Positions 23,444 through 34,808 of a DNA stretch of 64,000 nucleotides are shown in pieces (position 1 is the stretch's first letter; each line of letters opens with the position of its first letter). This DNA comes from Eutreptiella sp. 'Long Island Sound 2002' (taxonomy: Eukaryota > Protista > Euglenida). A program made the position numbers and the translations under genes. The stretch lies in NCBI GenBank assembly GCA_964036045.1, contig OZ038379.1, positions 78,740,001 to 78,804,000 on the forward strand, written 5' to 3'. Below the pieces are notes generated by a model that was not told the origin of the DNA, ran no database searches, and worked only from the letters and a program-made list of their open reading frames with translations.

Positions 23444-25642
23444 TTAAAACCAAAGCACGTACCTGGGGGGATGAGCAAAATCTTGGGCTGAGGCTTCAGA
23501 ACCAGTCTGATCAAATCTGCCAGCAGGGGTCTGGATGCTTTGACTTAAGGTCTGTGGCAAAGAACAGCACAGACACAGATGCAACACCCAGCAGCACAGC
23601 GCAAATGGTCCAAAATGTGGATGGATCATAATGCCTTGAAGCCAACAAACAAATGGACACCAGGGGAGGTGTAAAAGCACACCTGGCCAATGGAAACCTG
23701 TGGGAACCTGCGTACATCTAGAAGAATCTGGTTGGTGTTGGATGGCGTAGCTGACAGCTGCTGAAATCCTGGGTGCAGATCTCCATACGGAGGTGGGACT
23801 TGGAAGCGGCTTGTGGAAGTAGGAATGGTTCCCTGTGATTGCCTGCCAGATAGTTATGGGAGAAAGCAAGAATGCAACAAAGAGGTAATACGTGAGGGGA
23901 AGGAAGGAAGGGGGCAGAGATGCAGACATCAAGGCAGAGGAGGATCCCTACAGACCTATGTTAACACCGATAGGTTAATTTTTGGTCAAAAATTGATACT
24001 TTTTTTGGGGGGGGGTTAGAGGGTTTTACGGGAAAAATTTTACTGCCAAGGGGTGCCTTACCGGGTCGGGTGTCATTTTCACCCGGGGTTTGGGGCACGG
24101 GGGGACGTAGCAACGGGCCATACGCCGACTCCCTCCCACTTTCCAGCCAATTTCAGGGCGGGGGGGGGGGGGGGCTGGGTGTGGGGGGGAGGGGGGTCTG
24201 GGGCCGGCTGAAGGAGAGGGGGCCACCCGGACCCCAACATATATGGCTTAAAATGACCACCTCATCGCGGTAGACATTTTTGCGGTATGTATGTTGGCAA
24301 AAAAAAAAAAATTGCAACGGGGGGGGGGGGCATGGTAGGTGGTACTTGTGTTTAAGGGCATAGCACCCCCGAGTCCATTCCCGGCCACTGTTGCCAGTGG
24401 CGCCCCACCCAGGCCGAACCCGTGCCTTTTGGGAGGCCCACAAGTGGGCGGAAATGCTACATCACCCCTGCATTCTCGGGGATCCCCAAAGAAAGGGGGA
24501 CAAAATCAGCATTGGATGCCTAACCCCTGCCTTCTGGGAGGCCCACAAGTGGGCGGAAATGCTACATCACCCCTGCATTCTTGGGGATCCCCAACAAAGG
24601 GGACAAAGTCAAAGCAAAAAAAAAAGCAAAAAAAACAAAAACAAAAAATGTCCCATGGTGTCACTGGTCCTACCTACAGCCCTGCAAATTGCCCACACTG
24701 GGGTTTGAACCCACGACCTCCAATTGCAGAGGCACTGCTTTACCACTAGGGTATGGCCCATATCTGACATACCTCTGCACAGGGGTGGTATTCATATTTT
24801 GTCCAATTCGGTTTTCATCCACTATTGGGTTCTCCTCAAAAAACTGAGCATTTTGAGTGTAGACACATGGGGTGGAAACCCATTTTTTCACCCTGTACTA
24901 AGGCAAGCAAAATTTCCTTAGGGCGCCTTCGGCGCCCATCGTCCGGCACTTTCCAGCCAAAACCCGGCAGGGGGGGGGGGGGAGTCGGCGTAAAGGGTCC
25001 CGTCCCGGCGTCCCCCCCGTGGTTGGGGGGGGGGGTCTGACCGGTGGCAATGTCAAAAAATGTTAAAATGGTCCTCGGCGTTCATTTTTGATCCATTTTT
25101 CAATTAATTTTTTAAATATTAAAAATTAATATATCGCCGACGTTAATATTAACACCGCAAAAATTAACAGCTTTCCGCAAAAAATAATACTCCCTGGAAA
25201 ACCCTACAAATGCACAAGAAGACAAGACATACCACTTTAACACCTTGTCCCTATGGTTGGCCATCATGCCCAGTTTTTGGTGCTTGCCACAGGCTGTAGC
25301 ACCTGTTGGCGGCCCATCACACTTCTTGGGACGCCTCCTTGGGGTCCCACAAGGGGGCACTTTGCTGTGTGTGGCCAGGGGTTGTGTTGGTAGGGTTGCG
25401 GCTGTCTTGAGGTTTGGGGTCAGTCAGGGGGTTAGTCTTGGGGTCATGCTGGCCCAAAGGCTGGGGTTTTGGCGTCTTGACCCTTGCGAACACCGTCAAG
25501 GACGATGGCGTCGTTAGCCCCCCCCCCCCCCCAACATTGGGGGTTGTGGTTGTCTTGGGGGCAGGGGTGGCCTTCGAGGCCGGGCCCTTGCTACCTCCTC
25601 CTACCATTCCCGGACACATTCTTGAATCGTATCCCAAGAGAC
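23444..25642 (-). pseudogene. Spliced gene remnant of unknown function (exon 25642-25233, intron 25232-23956, exon from 23955 leftward)
   Basis: Minus-strand acceptors aacatag|gtct at 25643 and 23956; donor gtatgt at 25232; Pro/Thr-rich exon followed by a Cys/Trp-rich segment. Confidence 0.45.
24690..24759 (-). pseudogene. Second tRNA-derived sequence, Cys(GCA)-like
   Basis: Minus strand GGGCCATACCCTAGTGGTAAAGC...CTGCAAT..GAGGTCGTGGGTTCAAACCCCAGTGTGGGCA. Confidence 0.7.
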
Positions 25643-26364
25643 CTATGTTCAAACCAACATGGTTAATTTTAATTTTTAATATGTTAACGGGGTTAAAAAT
25701 TAATGTGCCAAAAATTAACACGTTAACACCATCTTGGGTCAGTTGCACCGCTTTGTTTGTGCGCATATTTTGGCCCCTTAGGGTGTTTGGTTGGTTGGTT
25801 GGTAAAAGGGTGCACAAATGGGATGCTAGAGGGGTTGCATAGTCTTTAAGGTGGGTAAGTAGGCCCACACAGTGAAAAATGTAAGTCGTGTACGAAAAAA
25901 TCGTCTAGTCGTGTAATTTTTTTGCGGCAAATGTGTGTTTTTTTTTTGCAGTAAGTCGTGTAAATTATAAAAAAAATTGAAAAATTGAAAGAAATGCAAC
26001 CTTTGCCATACATGCGCAATATGTACAGCTGCCGGTTCCGTATGGCACTCCATAGCCATCTTAACGATGGGACGCCGGGTCCACAAAGCACATAGTACTC
26101 TGCGTGGCCGGTTGGGACTCGGCCAATATAACATAGTTTCACATGGAGTCATTGGCGGTAGACACAAAATCAGGCCCAAGAAAAGAGTCCTGACACGGCC
26201 ATGGCAGGATTGTGACTAAAGTCTGATGTCTGATGTCTGATGTGGCATGTTGTTTTGGCAGTGTATACAACAAGATGTGTGATATGTCTGATATACATCT
26301 GATGCTTGGAGGAAGGGTGGGGGGGGTTGGTGTCAAAATGGGTGTGCAAAAAGTTGATGCCCCC

Positions 26365-26868
26365 TACCCCATAGGTTCCCATAGGCCCGATAGGTCCCCA
26401 TAGGTGCCAATGGGTCCCCAGAGGTCCCCATAGGCCCCCATAGGTCCCCATAGGTCCCCATAGGTCCCCATAGGCCCCCATAGGTCCCCATAGGTGCCAA
26501 TGGGTCCCCAAAGGTCCCCATAGGCCCCCACAGGTCCCCATAGGTGCCAATGAGTCCCCATAGGCCTGTGCGGAGCTATGGGGGCCTGTGGGGGCCTATG
26601 CGGAGCTATGGGGGCCTGTGGGGGCCTATGGGGACCCATTGGCACCTACGGGGGCCTTTGGGGGCCTGTGGGGACCTTTGGGGACCCATTGGCACCTATC
26701 GGGGCCTATGGGCACCTATGGGCACCTATGGGTGCCTATGGGGGCCTATGGGGACCTCTGAGGGCCTATGGGGACTCATTGGCATCTATGGGGACCTTTG
26801 GGGACCCATGGGCACCTATGGGGACCTCTGGGGCCCTGTGGGCACCTATGGGCTCCTATGGGGACCTA
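26365..26868. repeat. 10-bp minisatellite (GGTCCCCATA)n that switches to its reverse complement at ~26565
   Basis: Directly visible. The MGTYGDLWGP ORFs are artefacts of it. Confidence 0.95.
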
Positions 26869-29163
26869 AACCCCCCCCCCTTCATTATCATGCGCGTGAT
26901 AATATTTCGGTGCGTGATAATAGGGGGTGCGTGATATTATTTTGACCGCCACCTAGGGATGCGCAAAAGATTCGTGCAACTGTGACCCCTTGCTCTGGGG
27001 GGGGGGGGGGTTGAGGTCCTTTGCTATCACGCTCACCCACACCCCCCTTTGCTTTCTCCCCCTTCACAGGTATGCTGCTGCGTGTGCCTCCTGTGGCTTC
27101 CGGCTTCGCACAGATTTCGATGGAACTGTTAGATATGCTCTGTGTGCCTGCTTGCTTGGAGGGGTCAGGGTTCTTTGCTTTTCTGTTTTCTGCACTCTTT
27201 ACTGCTGGTCCTTGTCGTTTGTCTGGTAGGACACTTCTCTGTTTTTGTCTTTATGATGTCCACCAGCGATGCACCAGGTTGTGAAGACATTTCTGAGGCT
27301 CGGGGGTATGATGAATTGGTTGTTGAAGAGTTCTTTGATGCAGCAACTGATGATGACAATTCTGATGTGGCAGAGTATTCGACTGGGGATGAAACTGAGG
27401 GGGGTGATGCAGTTGATGATGCCCACGATGAAGCCCCTGAGGTTCCAATGAATGCAGACGTTGTTGCTGATGCAAATTCTGATGTTCCTGAAGGTGCAGG
27501 GAATCGTGATGATGTTGTTGATGGAGTTTCTGATGGTCCTGATGATGCTGGTGCTGAAAATTCTGAAGTCCCAGTGGATTGTGAACCCCCTGCATGGGAT
27601 GAGGAAAAAAAGAAGCGCTATGCGCAAATGAAGAAAAACTTCAACCGTGGCGTTGGTGGGAAAAATCAAGTTGGGAAGATTGTTCGCTACGACCCCCACA
27701 TCCGAGTGAAGCGCTTTGCTGTCAACCTTTTTCGCAATGGTGCAGACCTGGAGGAAATCAGAAAAAAAAATTTGGAATCGAACACAGGAGAAGTTCTTAC
27801 TTGTGAACAAGAGACAATTAAATGGCTGGGTGAAGATCGTGGATAAGCTGGGTGACTGTGTTGTGCAACGGACGTCCAAACGTGTGGCTGGAGGGGGGCG
27901 GAAGGTGCGGTTTGCGAAGTACGATACTGCATTGTACAACTGGTTTTGTGCACAACGCACAGAGAAACGTTCCGTATCTGCATCCCTCTTGAAAGATGAA
28001 GCCCAACGCCTGGCCAAGGCTGATGGCTACACCATTTCCCAGCGGTGGTTAGAGAAGTTTCGAAAGCGCCACAACATTGTTGTACGAAAGGTGCAAAGGC
28101 GAACAAAGCTGTCCGATGCAGAGCGCGATGCACGGTTGCAAAAGTTCTACGCGTTTTTGTACTTGCAGCCATCTGCAGTACGTGTGTGGGTGAACCTGGA
28201 TGAAATTCCAGCATCGCTTGGGGGACTTCTGGGGAATGTGGAAATACTGGAACACAGGGGGTCAAGGAACGTGATGGCGCTCGCGGATGAAAATCACTTC
28301 AAAAGGATGGGCACGTTAATTGCCATGCTTGGTGTGAAGAAGGAAGGTGACGCCTTTTCAACACTGGACTTGAAGCCTGCAGTCCTGCTAGAAAGTAAAA
28401 AAGGTAAAGTGGTTGCCAATCCTCATAACATTTTGTTCACCACCAATGTGACCGGTGTCATCAACGGTGTGTACATGCGAGATGTTTTTGTCCCCTACTT
28501 GCAAATGCAATTGCAGAGAACAAATGCACAGTGTATAGGAATTCTGGATTCTGCCTCTGCCCATATATCACTTGCTGTCCTGGCTGCTTTGCGTGTGGCT
28601 GGGCTGCGGTATGCAGTGATCCCCGGTGGCCTTACCATGTTTGTGCAGTCAATTGACACTGCTTTGGCAGCCTTGTACAGAACTGCCCATCACCGGTTGT
28701 ATGCTGCCCACATGGAAGGCAACCCCAAAGTCACGGCGGCTCAGGCACGCAATTTGTTTGTACAATTTTGCTACACAGGCCACCAGAATGCTGTGAATCT
28801 CCTGGATGTGCCAACACTGTTTCAGGATTTAGGATACATCGATCCAACAAAGCTCAAGTTGCGTGTCCCATTCCAGTTTGCTATTCCCCAGCGTGCTGAA
28901 CCCCCAAGGGGAGATGCATCTGCTCCTAAACCCAAGCCCAAGCCCAACCCTAAACCAGTTTCAAGGCAATTGTCAATGTCTGCATTTCTCTCCAAATAAC
29001 CGGACCAAGTCGCAATGGTGTTGCAAGAAATCCTGGTTTCCGCCTTTTGTGTTGCTACCTCTCATGTCAAGAATTGCATGCGTGATATTATTTTGGAGGT
29101 ATAAAACAATATCATGCATGCGTGATATTATTTTGGTGCGTGATAATGAAAGGGGGGGGGGGT
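26869..29163 (+). mobile_element. pogo-type (Tc1/mariner superfamily) DNA transposon, ~2.3 kb, TA target duplication
   Basis: Ends TA|aaccccccccccttcattatca ... tgataatgaaagggggggggggt|TA; subterminal GCGTGATA repeats at both ends; inserted in the GGGACC-TA-TGGG minisatellite unit. Confidence 0.92.
27253..28999 (+). CDS. pogo-family DD35D transposase (~580 aa) split by a single frameshift at an A9 run (27762-27770)
   Basis: Acidic N-terminus; first HTH restored by removing one A (LEEIRKK-IWNRTQEKFLLVNKRQLNGWVK); CENP-B-type HTH (YNWFCAQR..SQRWLEKFRKRHNI); NLDE, ILDSASAH and VQSID with 35 residues between the second and third Asp. Confidence 0.88.
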
Positions 29164-29400
29164 TATGGGAACCTATGGGCGCCTATGGGGGCCTGTGGGG
29201 ACCTAGGTCCCCATAGGTCCCCATAGGTCCGCATACGTCCCCACAGGCCCCCGTAGGTCCCCATAGGCCCCCATAGGTGCCCACGGCCCCCATAGGTCCC
29301 CATAGCCCCCCTGGGGTCCCCATAGGTCCCCATAGGTTCCGAGAGGTCCCCAAAGGCCCCCATAGGTCCCCACAGGCCCCCATAGGTCCCCATAGGGCGC
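29164..29400. repeat. Continuation of the 10-bp minisatellite; switches orientation at a 16-bp palindrome (29197-29212)
   Basis: ggggacctaggtcccc at the switch point. Confidence 0.92.
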
Positions 29401-29539
29401 TTCAACAGCCCGCACAGCACGATCAGCAAATAACGTTTAACACTGCTGAGCACATAGTCCACAAAACCGTCACCCATTCGGACAAGGGGCACATCGGAAA
29501 AAGTACCCTGGTGCTCCACCACCAGCTTCGCGATGTTCA

Positions 29540-32470
29540 GCAGGTTGTGCCCTAGCCCCTTGGTGAGCCCCCCCCCCCCAAATAAGGTGAAAAACACATA
29601 AAGAGGGGCTAAGACATGCTTTACATAGGACATTTCATCATTTTGGATTGTCATAGTATCAAAAAGATCAGTTTCGTAAATTTCCATTTTTGAGCTGCCA
29701 AGGCCGGAAAACTGCACAAGCAAGTTGTGCCCCGCCCCCTTGGGAGCCCCCCCCACCCCCAATACCCAAATAGGGTGAAAAACACATAAAGAGGGGCTAA
29801 AACATGTTTTACATAGCATGTTTGATCATTGTGGATGGTCATAATATCAAGAAAATCAGTTTTGGAAATTTCCATTATTGAGCTGCCGAGGCTAGAAAAC
29901 TGCATGTTTGATCATTGTGGATGGTCACATTATCAAGAAAATCAGTTTCGGAAATTTCCATTATTGAGCTGCCGAGGCCGGAAAACTGCATTAGCAGGTT
30001 GTGCCGCAACCCCTTGGGGAGCCCCCCCTCACCCCACCCAAATAAGGTGAAAAACACATAAAGAGGGGCTAAAACATGCTTTACATAGGATATTTGATCA
30101 TTTTGGATGGTAAGAATATAAAAAAACTAGTTTCGGAAATTTCCATTTTTGAGCTGCCGAGGTTGGAAAACCGCATCAGCAGGTTGTGCCCCGGCCCCCT
30201 TGGGAGACCCTCCTCACCCCAAAACACGCAAATAGGGTGAAAAACACACAAAGAGGGCATTCGTCTATTAGCGTCCGCTGGCCTATGTATAGAGGCGGAG
30301 GGGCGGTGAGGTGGGCCGAGTCGAGTTCAGGTGCCCGTGTCCTCCCCTACAGGCCCCCCCTGTGCCTGCACGGCGGCCAGGGTAGTGGCAGAGGGGACTA
30401 GGTCTCTTCCGTGATGGCCCTGCCGTGTTGCCGCCGCTGCGGCAGTGTGGACTAGGATGGCAGAGGCGCTGAGGGCGCGTCCGCCACTGGGTCACAGGAG
30501 GTCCCCCCGACTGCGTCGGCCGCCGCGTGTGGGGGGGGAAGGGGCGCGCGGAGCATGTCCGCCACCGACCTGGTGGCCTTCGGTTGAGGCCGCCGCCGAG
30601 CCGGGGGGGGGGGGATTGTCGCCGCGGCATCGCGCGGCTGCTCAGGGCCGCTGAAATGCGGCTGAAAACATCAGGGAGCGACAGAGGGGTTCGCTCTGCC
30701 GGGGGGGGGGGGTCCCGCGGTGCAGATAGTGCCCCCGTGGCCCCCGTGGTGGCGGAGGAGGATGAGGGGACCGGTCCCGGGCTATCGCCCCCCCACCCCC
30801 CCCGCTGGCGGGGGTGAGAGGGGGTCTGCTGCCCCACCCACCCGTTAGCTGTGGGCCCACGCCCCCCGGGTCCCCCCGGTTAGCCCGGTTAGGCGCTTGG
30901 CGCTTCGCGGGCCTGGGGTCGTTGGGCCCTGGGGTGGAGGAGGAGCGAGTGCCCAGCATTCTAGGCGGAGCCGTGCACCGGCGGGTCGCCGGAGAGCCCG
31001 AGCTCGGGAGGGACTGGGAGGCACGGCGGGCCCGCCCGAGCCAAGAGGACAACGCAGCCGCCCCCGCGCGTCGGGCCTCGGGGACGAGCACCTGGCGTCC
31101 CGGGGCGACCCGGGGCGGGGCTTTGGGCAGCTTGGGCCCGCCGAGGAGCCGGTGTGGCCTTCGTGGCCCGCCCGGCAGTAGTGGCTGATGCCCTAGCCCA
31201 GGCTCCTGCCCCGGGCGCAAGACGGCACACCATGCTCCAAGCAGAGCGCACCCTGCGTGCCGCTGCCCGCCTCCGGTGGGCGGCTGCGCTGTGGAGCCGC
31301 GAGCGGGACGCTTTGGACAGGCGCCCGCGGGGACCTTTGAGCATACGGGAGCAGGATTGGCCCCCCCTCGAGGGGGGCGGGAGAAGTAGTCCATCAGAAA
31401 GCGGTCACTGAGCAGTGGCCGCATGCGGGCAGGCGCCCGCAAGCGCCGGACCCATGAGTCGCGACAGTCCGTCGCTAGGCGCATTAGTTGCAGCATAACT
31501 TCATGGCGCGCTGCGAAGTACGGGCAAGCCGAGAGCCCCGCGCAAACGTGGCCCCCTAGGGGGAGGAGCGAGCGGCACCGCCCCAACGGGGCCCCACTCA
31601 GCAGCGTGCCCGCCGCCAGATGGCGTTCCGCCAGGCCCACTGCCTTGCGCAGAATTTGGGCCCGTTCCCCCAGCGGCAGGCGCGTACCCCGCAGCTGGTG
31701 GTCTCGGGAGGCCGGAAGCGCTCGCCCCACGAACGCTTCATTGTCCAGGGTCACCTATGCCTAGGAGGCCTCTGCCGGCCCCCGCATCCAAGCAAGCGCC
31801 CGGGCCCACCAAACCAGGTCGTGGATGAAGTCCTTGGGCCATCACCAGTCCGGCGGTACCCCCGGTTGGAGCCGCGGTTGGTGGCGGACGATGTCCCCCG
31901 GCAAGGGGCCAACGAAGTCATCCTAGGGGTAGGGGTCGCGGGGCCGTGGGCGCGGCTGCTCCGGAAAGAGGGAGTCACCGTGGCCCAGCTGGTCCCCCTG
32001 GCTGGCTGCCATGCGGGCAGCGAGGACCGCCAAGTACATGCCGTATAGGCGGTACAGGAATTCGTCAAGGAGGTTTCGGTCCACTCCCTGCGCCGGTCGG
32101 AGGGGGAAGAGGCCCGCCTTTCGTAGGCAGGATGGCCAGCTGCTCTGGGAGCTGCGCCTCTGCCCCAAGCAACGACAGGACACCAGAGGTCCGCTTACCT
32201 GCGCAGTGGCGCGCATCCAGGCGGCCCAGGGGCCTCTCCGGGATGTCCTGCGCTGGCTGGAACAACCAGTACAGGGTGCGGGTGCGCTGCCGCGCGCGGT
32301 GCATCAGGCGTGGGCGGCTCTCCGACGTGAGAAACACACAAAGAGGGGCTAAAACATGCTTTACATAGCATATTTCATCATTGTGAGTGTTCACAATATC
32401 AAAGTTTATTTGCAAAATTTTCCATTTTTGACCTATAGAGGGTGGAAAACTGCTTAAGCAGTTTGTGTAC
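29540..32470. repeat. ~185-190-bp degenerate tandem array (4-5 units) interrupted by a LINE
   Basis: aaaacaca(t/c)aaagagggg anchors at 29591, 29779, 30051 and 30241, continuing at 32332. Confidence 0.85.
30258..32331 (-). mobile_element. 5'-truncated GC-rich LINE-like retroelement (ORF2 C-terminal remnant) with 16-bp TSD
   Basis: aaacacacaaagaggg flanks both sides (30242-30257 and 32332-32347); minus-strand protein-like fragments start abruptly at the 5' junction. No RT core is retained, so the LINE call rests on the long TSD and the truncation. Confidence 0.65.
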
Positions 32471-33134
32471 ACACCAAATGCCATTGCACCACCTACAAAC
32501 AGCAATTTCGAAGCTTTTGGGGGGCCCATGGCTCGGGCTAGATGGGCCCAGTGGCCACTACGTGCGTCCCCATGGGCGCTCAAGTACCCGTATTGTCACC
32601 AAATGATCACCCAAACCCAACCTAGGGGCAACAGAAGGGTTTCAGAAAAAGTCGAAATGTGAAAATTTTTTCAGGTGCCACTAAATAGCCTACACAACAA
32701 CAATTTTGGGGCTTTTGGACCATGGCACGGGCTACATAGGCCTAGCGGCCACTACGTGGCCACAGGTGGGCACATCGCCTACATGCATGCATTTTTAGTA
32801 AAATTGGTAATTGCTTCTTTGCGGTAGGGTCGTGTAATTATTTCATTTTTGCGGTAAACACGTGTAGGAAAAAATCGTCACATTGTGTAACTTTTTTTGG
32901 CGGTAAATGCGTGTAACAAAAAAATTGTCGCGTGGCGTAATTTTGTTTTTTGCGGTAATGCGTGTGACCGGCGTACACGACTTAGCGCAAAAAAAATGAC
33001 ACGACTAGACGATTTTTTTGTTACACGCATTTGCCGCAAAAAAAAAATTACACGAATTACAACCTACACGCCCACACACCCCTGCCTCGTCCCCCCACTC
33101 AGCCTAGTCCCAACCACCCTTTTCCTTTGTGTAG

Positions 33135-34808
33135 CTCTTGTTATGCCTTTGTCTCGTGACAACCTTCTCGAGCCTAGCATGACGCGTACACATTTGAGTG
33201 GGGTCAAGAGTTTGCGTGACCCTTTGGTCTCGCAACTCCTTTGTGAGTGGGTGGCCTCGTTCCCTTTGGCACCCCGATGGTACGAGGCCACCAAGGTTGC
33301 CTAACTCCCCCTCATCCGCAACAAGCACATAGAGGCCGTGAAGCAATATGCCTCCGTCCTCTTCATGGCGCCCAAATTGATGGGCCTACTTATGGACTTG
33401 AATGTCCCAAAGGGCGGCTTTTGGCATATGTCGGAGTTCATGACTCACCGGGGGGGCGCGTACACCGCTGCCATGGGCCTCCCATTCCCCCGGCCCATCC
33501 CCTCATGTGACCACTGCACTGAGACATGGAAGGAGTTGGCCAAGCCCCTTGAGCTAGAGCCACCCGTGTCTGTTGCGGATCCCCCTACCACTTGACGCTC
33601 TTGGCCGCTGTAATCTTGGGCCCGCTACGGCCAATTGCGTCCATCGCTACTAGACACCATGGATGGCAAGCGGCCCCGCGTTTTTCTCCTCTGTAGGGAT
33701 GCATACCCGTGTGCTGGTGGTCGTTGGACCCAATTATCCATTGGGCTCCTCAACCACGGCTCACGGGTCTACTCACCCGGCTATTTGTGGATGATTGGAA
33801 TGGCCGTGTGCGGGGACAAGGACATGGCCGCCATAGCTACTATATGGGCCAAGAACTTGCAGGTACACGGCTGTTTCGTTCCGCATTAACTTTTGCGTTA
33901 ATATCCGGACATTAATATTTAACATTTGGCAAACATTAACGCCGACTGAAAAATTAACTTAATATCAATGTCCAAAAATCAATGCAAAAATTAACCCATC
34001 TCTTTATTCATAGGTGTTGCAGTCTATCCATGACTCCAAGAAGTCCTATTGGGCAATGAGCTTGGTGCCCAATGAGTTGGTCATCGGGGGGGACCAACCC
34101 TTCGTGCGACGCCTTATTGGCGTGTCGACATCGCCCATGGTGGGCTCAATTTACAATATGGCTATGTGGAACAGGGGGGTGGCGGCATGGGTGAATGTTG
34201 CGGACCGCCGCACATTAGAGGGCGGGGCGGAGGCCCGTCGCCGCTATGAGGAGAGAGGCCGCAGCTTGGAGAATGGGGGTTGCATAGGGGACCCCTAGGT
34301 TGTGGTGGAGCGATGCTTGGTCTTCCGATGCATCCTCCATTGTTTGGCTAGTGGCCCTCCCCAAGTGGCGTTCATTGAGTCCCGCATAGGGGAACTCCAA
34401 AAGGAGGACGTGGTGGCCGTGCAACGGGTGCTATCCGGTGTTAAGTTGGGTGCCTTGGTTGCCGCCGACGGAGAGGAGGTGGCACGGGCATTGTTCCTCG
34501 CATGGGAGGGAATTGGGCAACTATTGGCCTATATCGTGGAGGATGGTGAGAGGCAAGCCGTGGTTGCCATGCAGGACCTCCTCCCGGACTTGTACTCCAA
34601 GACCCCGCCGCGCTCTAATCTGCGGGCTACGGAAATCGCGTGGGCCTACCGCCTACATTGCTACAAGACCGCTTGCCAATGCAACTACCTGCTCTACTTG
34701 GAGGAGGACGTAACCACGGCGGTGGCTAACGCGGCGCGGCTTGGGGTCGGAAACGGAAACCCGCACACAAGCCGAACAAGCATACGAGGCGTTCCTCCTA
34801 AGCCTTGA
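33135..34808 (+). pseudogene. RAG1/Transib-like (CMC-Transib group) DDE transposase remnant with one GT-AG intron
   Basis: One reading frame across intron 33863-34013, with in-frame stops at 33302, 33593, 33611 and 34296. Ordered motifs: LLCRDA; SP..W.IGMAVCGDKD; IGGDQPFVRRLIG; ILHC; DGEEVARAL; NYL. The third catalytic Glu region is not recognisable. Confidence 0.65.
33863..34013 (+). other. 151-bp GT-AG intron, phase 0, AT-rich core
   Basis: ttgcag|gtacac ... tctttattcatag|gtgttg; splicing joins AKNLQ to VLQSI in frame. Confidence 0.8.

Larger units (their letters stand above)
25850..33080. mobile_element. Non-autonomous DNA element with inverted subterminal repeat clusters; hosts a minisatellite, the pogo element, a ~185-bp tandem array and a LINE
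   Basis: gtcgtgtaattttttt-gcggcaaatg and aaaaaatcgtctagtcgtg at 25880-25935 recur inverted at 32995-33055. Exact ends and TSD were not resolved. Confidence 0.6.

Noticed and set aside
17988-24430. One 6.4-kb element with ~330-bp TIRs
   Set aside because: Both copies continue into other parts of the same dispersed repeat family and there is no TSD; better explained as two independent copies in opposite orientation.
23037-24759. Functional tRNA-Cys genes
   Set aside because: The acceptor, D and anticodon stems pair poorly, the conserved T8-A9-G10 start of the A box is altered, and both copies lie in duplicated repeats.
25868-25874. RSS heptamer CACAGTG upstream of the RAG-like gene
   Set aside because: It lies inside the end of a different nested element, has no nonamer at 12/23 spacing and no inverted partner; a 7-mer is expected by chance in 64 kb.
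27199-28017. 272-aa minus-strand ORF
   Set aside because: Antisense shadow of the pogo transposase.
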